In this document: positions 15,501 through 21,129 of the stretch, one piece after another
Layout: each line of letters starts with the position of its first letter
How positions within the stretch are numbered: the stretch's first letter is position 1
Source of the DNA: Elusimicrobiota bacterium
GTDB taxonomy: Bacteria; Elusimicrobiota; Elusimicrobia; UBA1565
Assembly (NCBI GenBank): GCA_043827405.1
Contig: JBDRPD010000082.1
Coordinates: 1 to 21,129 of the forward strand
Direction: 5' to 3'
DNA length: 21,129 nucleotides
Notes under the pieces: generated by a model
Told to the model about the DNA's origin: nothing
The model's input: only the letters and a program-made list of their open reading frames with translations
Database searches by the model: none
Made by a program: the position numbers and the translations under genes

Positions 15501-18296
15501 AAAGGCGCTTACGAACGGACGACGATCATCGGCGAGCACGCGGCCATGGTCGGCGAGCTGCAAAAACGCATCGAGCAGGCCAACCAGATGATCGCCGGCA
15601 AGGACGAAGCGCTGGGGATCGAACGGCAGAAGACCGAAGATTTGGAGAAGCGCGTCCTCGCCTTCCTCGAGCGGACCCAGGAGCTCGAAGAAACGCTGCA
15701 GCAGGAGCGCGGCGGAGCCAGCACCTCGCGCACCGAACTGCAGAAACAGCTGGAACAGGCGCTGCAAACCGTCGCCGCCGGAGAGGAAGCGCAGGCGGTC
15801 GAAAAGCAGAAGACCGCGGAGCTGGAAAAACGCATCTTCGCCTTCACCGAACGCGAGAACGCGCTTGAGGACACGCTGCAGCGGGCGCATACCGAGCGCG
15901 ATTGCGCCCAGGGCGAAGCCAGCGCCGAGATCGAGAAAGTGCGCGCCGCCGCCGTGCGCGAGCGCGAAGCGCTGCGGTCCGAGCACGCGGCGAACATGGA
16001 GGAGATGCGGCGGCGCAACGAAGACCTGGCGCAGGAGATCGCCAAGGGACACGAGGAGCTCTCGGTCCGCGCGCACAAGATCGAGCGGCTCGAGGAACGC
16101 ATCGCCGCCTTCCAGAAGCGAACCGACGCCCTGGAGCTGGCGCTCAGCGAGGACGCCCGCGAGCGCCTCGAGAAGGGCGAAACCCTGGACGAAGTCACGC
16201 GGAAAGCCCCCGGCAAGATCGGGCGCATGCTCAGCCAGATGTTCGAGAAGGACCGCGCGCTCGAGGCGGCCTGGCTGGAGCGCAGCCGCGAGCTCGACCA
16301 GGCATACGAGGAACGCAACCGCGAGATGGAGGAGGCGCATGCCGAGCGCCTGGCGGAAATCGAGCAGTCCCTCCTCAAGGAGCGCGAAAAATCGCAGCAG
16401 CTCATGCAGGCGCTCATGGAAGCGCAGAAGGCGCAGGACAAGCTCAAGCATGAGCAGGCCGAAGCCCTGCAGAATCAAGCCGGAAAGCTCTCCGCCAAAG
16501 CCGCTGAGAAAGTAGAGTCCATGAGCGCCGCCGAGGCGGCCCGCACGCTGGCGCTCAAAAAGCAGATCGAAGCCCTGCACGATGAGCTCACCGCCACGCA
16601 GGAAACCCAGCAGGCGCTGATCAAGGCGCACTCGCACGAGGTCAAGGAGCTCAGCGAAAAACTCAAGAACGAAGCCTATAAGAAAGAAGAAAGCCTTATC
16701 GCCGGCGAGGCCGGCCGCATCGAGGAACTCAAAGGCGAGATCCGGGCCCTGCAGGAAGACGTAAAGGCCGCGCACAAGGCGCGCGAGGAGCTGAAAAAAG
16801 AGCATGCCGAGGAGCTCCACTGGCGGGCGGAGAAGCTCAAGGAGGATTTCTACAAGCAGGAGGAGAACCTCATCGCCGGCGAGGCCGCGCGCCTCGAGGA
16901 GCTGAAAAAGAAAATTGGCGCCCTGCAGGACATGCTCAAGGGCCGCGACGAGAGCCTGGTCACCGAAACCCGGCGCTCGGAAGCCCTGGAAAAAAGAATC
17001 GCCGTCATGGAGGAGCGCCTGCACAAGCAGGAGCGCGCGCTCGCTGAAGAGCGGGCGGAATCGGAGAAACTGCGGGAGGCCGGCTCCACAACCAGCGAGC
17101 AGGCGGTCCGCAAGCATCTCGAGCTTGCCGATAAGATGCGCACCGAGCACGCCGCGCGCATCGCCGAAATGCAGCAGCGCGTGGAAGCCGCCCTGGCCGA
17201 GATTCAGGCGCGCGAAGAGCGCATCACCGAGGAGAAGCTCAAGCGTGCCGAAAACGAGCAGCAGGTCGCTGAGGCCCAGGAGAAGGAACGGGAGCTTAGA
17301 GAGCTGCTGGCCGCCGAGAAGGAGCGCGCCGCGGCCTACAATCAGCGCATCGCCTCGCTGCAGGAGCATCTCAAGAACCTCGAAAGAACGCTGGAAAACG
17401 AGCGTCAGGAAACGGAGAATCTCCGAAACACCGACGCGGTAACTCATGACGAGGCCGTCCGCGAGGCGCTCGAGCACGCGGAGAAGCTGCGCGCCGAGCA
17501 TGCGGGCCGCATCGCCGAACTGCAGAAGCACGTAGAAAGCGCCGTCGCCGGACTGCAGGAGCGCGACGAGGAGCTGAGCGCGGCCCAGCTGCGCAGCGCG
17601 GAGCTGGCCAAGCGCAGCGACGCCTTAAAGGCCCGCATCCAAACCCTCGAGGCCAACCTCGAGGCGGAACGCAAGAGCGTCGAAGAGGCGAAGCGGGAAA
17701 CCGAGCGCGGCCGCGATGAGGAGTGGAACGAATACCGCCGCGCTCTGGACGAGGACCACAAGCGGCGGCTGGCGGAATTCAAATCCGAACGCACTTTGCA
17801 TGCGCAGGAAATCGCGCAGCACCGGGCGGAGCTTGAAAAGGAGCGCGCCGAGCTCGAGGATGAGATCACCGCGAGCCGGGGCAAGCTGGCCGCGGAGCAG
17901 CATCGCCTGGCGGCGCAGTCCGCGGAAACCAAGGCCGCCCTGGAAAAGGAACGCGCGCGCAGCGCCGAGGAGCTCGCCCAGGCCAAGGCCGATATGGAGG
18001 AGGAGCTCGCGGTCCGCGAGAAGAACCTGGAACAGGGACGCAAGAAGCTGGAGGAGGAGAAGGCGCGCAGCGCCGCCAAGATCGACAACGTGCGCAAGGA
18101 ACTGCGCGCCAAACAGGATGAGCTGACCGCGCACGTGGACAAGCTGCTTAAAGAAAAGGCGGAGCTCGACAAGCACCGCCAGGAGCTGTCGAAGCGCTGG
18201 GAGGACAAGCGCCAGAAGCTCGCGCTCCTCAAGGCAAAGATGCTAAAGGATATAGAGGAAACAATCCGTAAATCCCGCGGCCGGCCGCAAAATTAA
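12600..18296 (+). CDS. Giant cytoplasmic coiled-coil protein, 1898 aa, with internal repeats
   Basis: E/K/R/A/L/Q-rich helical sequence, almost proline-free. No TM helix, signal peptide or Walker motif. Internal 89-aa and 58-aa repeats. Confidence 0.9.
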   Translation: MDPAKKISQDVESINNLDAAKMTLRWSLGRLRLIEERNKALETEVDKAQSALLAQSKASNNEQTSVLDRKDYYQKLESLLSDYCKGTLDLQSLLGREADIEKQEKDLLKNRGDFEREIAERKDALERRFKKLQAEIEIQAERQTENIESILEDRKKQLDKAYLDRELAIRSTDHQLELREQAITDLDRRRDELQEERKHALESRIGQWEVELQEQKALDKRQAEAERKTLTEQAKQWEGQARRYLMKIEELEAGKAQLQERELALTLETEKRIEALKSEHEAKSRHLSALFEDRRKELEGVEHELRKQSAAKSVELKQQVADAETRIRLLADNLERSNNAVDDLRKQLEDSKNTAQSFNTAAEVERAKTEKWRQAAAEARSEVEKLKEEFFKKQSDKDIEHTSQEEAYLDDLRRKEAELKAHWEKRNKQLDEDRQVYQAKLDAELAAKVRELSQEHGNRLQAASEESRAQIAALTKQVKDAEAKIGIWQEATWDARRDTAALKERHLREDAKLEHEHTEKLQALLGDFKEQEGALEATFKSKIEEVRAKHAERVRELESRINSLEEKNATLEDSVDRTRQSAEQKDERGRAAEQQIEVLKENLAVERGRTQELLKAAEKMRAENAGRMSELTHRVEAEILKLKNAEGALQAEKEKTAVLERQLIESRARIQALEEAAIHERERAENFKGDTEAVREDLRSAYRVRTEELRTQHAAETARLEKEIGALKQKLQSGEVTLAAEQNAAAEAHKLLAAAQDKLRAVEDTLAQERARAEEQRAASSHARLELRDAHAAESEKLEQEFAQRETELRGTIESQAQKLKNEEHRNLHAERVGAELRKRLAEAEKQTGDLEQTLEQSRGDADKLRRELTRRQEELELERRAEREALHSEHAALIAELQKRIEQANQMIAGRDEALAVERQKTQDLDKRLLVFVDRTRELEETLGQERAAAEKARKEAERTLAELRGKGAYERTTIIGEHAAMVGELQKRIEQANQMIAGKDEALGIERQKTEDLEKRVLAFLERTQELEETLQQERGGASTSRTELQKQLEQALQTVAAGEEAQAVEKQKTAELEKRIFAFTERENALEDTLQRAHTERDCAQGEASAEIEKVRAAAVREREALRSEHAANMEEMRRRNEDLAQEIAKGHEELSVRAHKIERLEERIAAFQKRTDALELALSEDARERLEKGETLDEVTRKAPGKIGRMLSQMFEKDRALEAAWLERSRELDQAYEERNREMEEAHAERLAEIEQSLLKEREKSQQLMQALMEAQKAQDKLKHEQAEALQNQAGKLSAKAAEKVESMSAAEAARTLALKKQIEALHDELTATQETQQALIKAHSHEVKELSEKLKNEAYKKEESLIAGEAGRIEELKGEIRALQEDVKAAHKAREELKKEHAEELHWRAEKLKEDFYKQEENLIAGEAARLEELKKKIGALQDMLKGRDESLVTETRRSEALEKRIAVMEERLHKQERALAEERAESEKLREAGSTTSEQAVRKHLELADKMRTEHAARIAEMQQRVEAALAEIQAREERITEEKLKRAENEQQVAEAQEKERELRELLAAEKERAAAYNQRIASLQEHLKNLERTLENERQETENLRNTDAVTHDEAVREALEHAEKLRAEHAGRIAELQKHVESAVAGLQERDEELSAAQLRSAELAKRSDALKARIQTLEANLEAERKSVEEAKRETERGRDEEWNEYRRALDEDHKRRLAEFKSERTLHAQEIAQHRAELEKERAELEDEITASRGKLAAEQHRLAAQSAETKAALEKERARSAEELAQAKADMEEELAVREKNLEQGRKKLEEEKARSAAKIDNVRKELRAKQDELTAHVDKLLKEKAELDKHRQELSKRWEDKRQKLALLKAKMLKDIEETIRKSRGRPQN
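14466..16250 (+). repeat. 267-nt (89-aa) degenerate tandem repeats within the coiled-coil gene
   Basis: An 'EHAA.IAELQKRIE'-like motif starts at 14466, 14733, 15000, 15267 and 15534 (exact 267-nt spacing), then follows a 180-nt truncated unit and a further unit at 15981. The copies at 15267 and 15534 are also similar at DNA level. Confidence 0.85.
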
Positions 18297-18299
18297 GAC

Positions 18300-19289
18300 A
18301 TGGCGCTCGAACCGGACGACGTCGAAAATCTGCTCAAGAACTACCGCTCCGAGCTCGTCGAGATGGACGTGGAGCTCCCCACGTTCTACCTCGAGGGAAA
18401 ATCCCGGCAGGACCGCGCGATCCCGATCGACGCCGAGATCATTACCACGCCCGATCTGGTCAAGGAGATCGACCAGCTGTGGGCCGAGATCGAGCACCGC
18501 CGCATCGGCCCGGACCCCACGCGCTGGATCTGGGCCTTCTTCGCCTCCGTCATCGCCGGGGCCGCCCTGGGCACGCTCGCGGTGTTCATCTTCAAGCTCC
18601 CCGGAGCGCCGGTCCCGGCGGCCGACGTCGCGGCGGGGTCGGCGATCCAGACCATCCCCTTTCCGACCGGACATACCACGGGCCTGGCGGTCATCCGCGG
18701 CGCCTTCCTCTCGATCGACGCCCGGACGCAGGAGATCATCACCCTCGATCCCGGCAGCACCCAGATCGTGCGCGCCGCCGACTTCCCGAACCAAGCGGCT
18801 TCCGGACTCGCCGCCGGCGACCGGGAGCTGTGGAGCACCGACGCCGCCAGCGGCTGGATCTACCGCCATAACGCCGAATCTTTCGCGATAAAGGAAAAAA
18901 ACCCCAGCCCCGGCAGCCGTCCCACCGCGATCCTATGGGACGGCACCAGCCTGTGGACGACCGACGCCGAAACCTCGAAGCTCTACCGCCACGCCGACGA
19001 AAAGGGCCTGCGCGTCCTGCTGAGCAAAAAAATAGCGGACGGCAACCCCGCCGGCCTGGTGCGTGTCGGCGATCACATCTGGGCCGCGGGCCGCCGGAGC
19101 CGGACGATCCACCGCTATCGCATCGGCGCGGGCCTCGAGCCCGAAGGCACGGCGCATATCGGCGACATCATTCCCGCCGGCAGCCGTCTCGACGGCATAA
19201 CGGTCGAGGGCGACTGGATCTGGCTGCTGACGGACTCTCCTTCCGAACTGCACCGCGTCCCGCGCGGGCGCATCCGCTTCGGCTCCTGA
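18300..19289 (+). CDS. Single-pass membrane protein with a C-terminal beta-propeller-like (YncE/NHL-type) domain
   Basis: Acidic N-terminal segment, TM helix WIWAFFASVIAGAALGTLAVFIF, then repeats such as SGLAAGDRELWSTD, TAILWDGTSLWTTD, AGLVRVGDHIWAA and DGITVEGDWIWLLTD. Starts 3 nt after the coiled-coil stop. Confidence 0.8.
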   Translation: MALEPDDVENLLKNYRSELVEMDVELPTFYLEGKSRQDRAIPIDAEIITTPDLVKEIDQLWAEIEHRRIGPDPTRWIWAFFASVIAGAALGTLAVFIFKLPGAPVPAADVAAGSAIQTIPFPTGHTTGLAVIRGAFLSIDARTQEIITLDPGSTQIVRAADFPNQAASGLAAGDRELWSTDAASGWIYRHNAESFAIKEKNPSPGSRPTAILWDGTSLWTTDAETSKLYRHADEKGLRVLLSKKIADGNPAGLVRVGDHIWAAGRRSRTIHRYRIGAGLEPEGTAHIGDIIPAGSRLDGITVEGDWIWLLTDSPSELHRVPRGRIRFGS

Positions 19290-19339
19290 CCGGAGCTTCT
19301 CCCAGGATTTGCTAGGATAATTTCACAGGAGGAATCGCC

Positions 19340-20326
19340 ATGCCCGAATTTCGCCAGAACATAGCCACCAAAGAGTGGGTCATTTTCGACACCGAACATC
19401 CGCATAAGCCCGAAGAGCTGCGTAATTCGGCCAAGCCGGCCAAGAGCCCGCAGAAGGAATGCCCGTTCTGTCCCGGAGCCGAGGCCAAAACCTCCGGAGC
19501 GACTTTCGTGGTCGGCGGCGACGACGCCTGGCGCATCCGCTGCTTCGAGAAAAAGCACCCGGTGCTGATGCAGAACGCGCCGAAGATCAAAGACCGCCAT
19601 CCGCTCTACCGCGCCCTTCCGGGCGAGGGCATCCACGAAGTCATAGTCGACACGCCCGATCATGAGGCGCATCTGGCGACCATGCCGGAAGCGCAGGCGT
19701 TGGACCTGTTCGCCACCTACCAGCAGCGTTTCCAGACCATGCTCCACAATCCGCATATCGCGATGCCGCTGCTGTTCAAAAACCACGGCAACGGCCCCGA
19801 CTGCGTGACCAGCCACGAGCATTCACAGATCGTGGGAACCAGCGTGGTGCCGCTGAGCATCCGCAGCCGCATGGACGAGGCGACCAAATACTACGAGTCC
19901 ACCGGCCTATGCGTTTTCTGCAAGATGCTGGAACAGGAGATGAAGGACCAGGTGCGCGTGATCGAGGAGAACAACCACTTCCTGGCCTTTGTCCTCTACG
20001 CCTCGCTTTCCCCCTTCCACATCTGGATTCTGCCCAAGCGCCACGCCACCAGCTTCGGGGATGCCAATGAGAAGGAGATCGCGGACCTGGCGCGCATCAT
20101 GCAGAAGGTGGCCAAGCGCCTGGACCAAGGGCTCAATGATCCGGCCTACAACTATGTGATCCAGTCCACGCCGCTGGACCGCGGCGATTCCGAGGCCTTC
20201 CACTGGTACATGACGATGATCGTACACACGACCAAGGCGTCAGGCTTCCAGCTGGGCTCGGGGATGTTCACCAATACGGTGCTCCCCGAAGAGAGCGCGC
20301 GCTACCTGCGGGACCTCAAGATATAG
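19340..20326 (+). CDS. GalT-family (HIT superfamily) nucleotidyltransferase, divergent
   Basis: MPEFRQN..TKEWVI, CPFCPG.E, G.HEVIVDTP.H, FKNHG, HEHSQI, C.FC.M, PFHIWILPKRH, FHWY and N.VLPEE.A..LR; AGGAGG SD. Confidence 0.88.
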   Translation: MPEFRQNIATKEWVIFDTEHPHKPEELRNSAKPAKSPQKECPFCPGAEAKTSGATFVVGGDDAWRIRCFEKKHPVLMQNAPKIKDRHPLYRALPGEGIHEVIVDTPDHEAHLATMPEAQALDLFATYQQRFQTMLHNPHIAMPLLFKNHGNGPDCVTSHEHSQIVGTSVVPLSIRSRMDEATKYYESTGLCVFCKMLEQEMKDQVRVIEENNHFLAFVLYASLSPFHIWILPKRHATSFGDANEKEIADLARIMQKVAKRLDQGLNDPAYNYVIQSTPLDRGDSEAFHWYMTMIVHTTKASGFQLGSGMFTNTVLPEESARYLRDLKI

Positions 20327-20704
20327 CTAAGCCGCGGCAGGCGGAGCTTCCGGCAGCGCAGGCCCGGCATACTCGGCGTCGCCGAAGGCGAGGATCGGGA
20401 AGAACACGAAGCCGATCAGGTACAGCCCGATAGCGAAGCCGACCCCTTTGCCGAAGGCCCGTGCCAGGGCAAGCATGGCGAGAAAGGCGAAGACCAGGTT
20501 CACCAGCGGCACGAACAGCAGGATCAGCCACCAGCCGGGCTTGCCGGCGATCACCAGCAGCACGTAGAGGTTGTAGAAGGGGATGATAGCGGCCCAGCCG
20601 GGCTTGCCGGCCTTGACGAATACTTTCCACAGGGCGGCGATCGAGACGACGACGATCGCCAGCTGTATCAGGAGTACGATCGCATTGGGGCCTTGGCTTT
20701 CCAT
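20327..20704 (-). CDS. DUF5684-like small integral membrane protein
   Basis: LWKVFVKAGKPGWAAIIPFYN, GKPGWWLILLFVPLVN and LARAFGKGVGFAIGL...FPILAFG.A.Y pattern; GAGG SD. Confidence 0.85.
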   Translation of the reverse strand: MESQGPNAIVLLIQLAIVVVSIAALWKVFVKAGKPGWAAIIPFYNLYVLLVIAGKPGWWLILLFVPLVNLVFAFLAMLALARAFGKGVGFAIGLYLIGFVFFPILAFGDAEYAGPALPEAPPAAA

Positions 20705-20859
20705 TCTCGACCTCTTCCGAGCAGATTGACCGGCGCAGTAGTATAGCCGACGCGCCGGAATTACTCAAGGGCGCGGGAACCAAACGGCAGGGTCAGTTCG
20801 ATGCGCCGGCCGGCCGCGCCGGTTGTTTCGCTCCTGCGATCGTGATATTCTCTCCCTAG

Positions 20860-21129
20860 ATGAAGCATGCGGCTTATCGTCGGCGCTGCGCGCTCGCGGC
20901 CAGGTTCTTTCCCGTCATCCCATCGCTCTTCCTGGCCGCCTGCGCCATCGCGACCCCCAAGGTCCGCCTGGCTTCCGACGAGCTCGGGATGCGGCTGACC
21001 CGTCCGGCACACATGGCGCTCACCCTCGCATACTCGCCGACGGGCAATCATGTCGCGGCCGGCACGGCGACCGGCGACCTGCATCTCTGGGACGTCGCTG
21101 CGGGCCGCAAGCTGTGGACCGTGAAGGCG
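20860..21129 (+). CDS. WD40-repeat lipoprotein, N-terminal part (runs off the window end)
   Basis: Not in the ORF track. Manual translation gives MKHAAYRRRCALAARFFPVIPSLFLAAC...LAYSPTGNHVAAGTATGDLHLWDVAAGRKLWTVKA, with a lipobox LAAC and a typical WD40 blade. Confidence 0.8.
   Translation, partial: MKHAAYRRRCALAARFFPVIPSLFLAACAIATPKVRLASDELGMRLTRPAHMALTLAYSPTGNHVAAGTATGDLHLWDVAAGRKLWTVKA

Noticed and set aside
15267..15800. CRISPR array or mobile-element repeats
   Set aside because: The repeats are in-frame degenerate coding duplications without identical short repeats and unique spacers.
12456..17531. Long minus-strand ORFs of 796 aa and 864 aa
   Set aside because: They are antisense shadows of the coiled-coil gene. 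The Leu/Phe richness mirrors GAG/AAG/GAA codons and there are no motifs.
12600..18296. SMC/SbcC chromosome segregation ATPase or phage tape-measure protein
   Set aside because: No Walker A/B, ABC signature or hinge domain, and no phage genes nearby.

Overview
GC-rich bacterial chromosomal window of compactly packed, mostly housekeeping or envelope genes. An Elusimicrobiota-like origin is my impression from the pilin type, giant coiled-coil and secreted hypotheticals, and is unverified. Gene order: partial YaeQ-like gene (-), phosphoketolase (+), a 430-bp non-coding island, MscS channel (-), lipoprotein alpha/beta-hydrolase (+), secreted hypothetical (-), Cache/HAMP histidine kinase (+), stand-alone receiver (-), TMTC-like GT-C glycosyltransferase with TPRs (-), type IV pilin (+), membrane-anchored polyPro/HEAT protein (+), PGRP-like amidase (-), 1898-aa coiled-coil with 89-aa and 58-aa repeats (+), membrane-anchored beta-propeller (+), divergent GalT-family protein (+), DUF5684-like membrane protein (-), partial WD40 lipoprotein (+). 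The most striking element is the island at about 2756-3156. It has a perfect-consensus sigma70 promoter, a 28-codon leader ORF whose 3' end can form an antiterminator helix competing with an intrinsic terminator, and behind that a single tRNA-shaped RNA whose anticodon loop is replaced by a GNRA tetraloop. This looks like a ribosome-dependent attenuator controlling an anticodon-less tRNA mimic. No mobile element or CRISPR array was seen.
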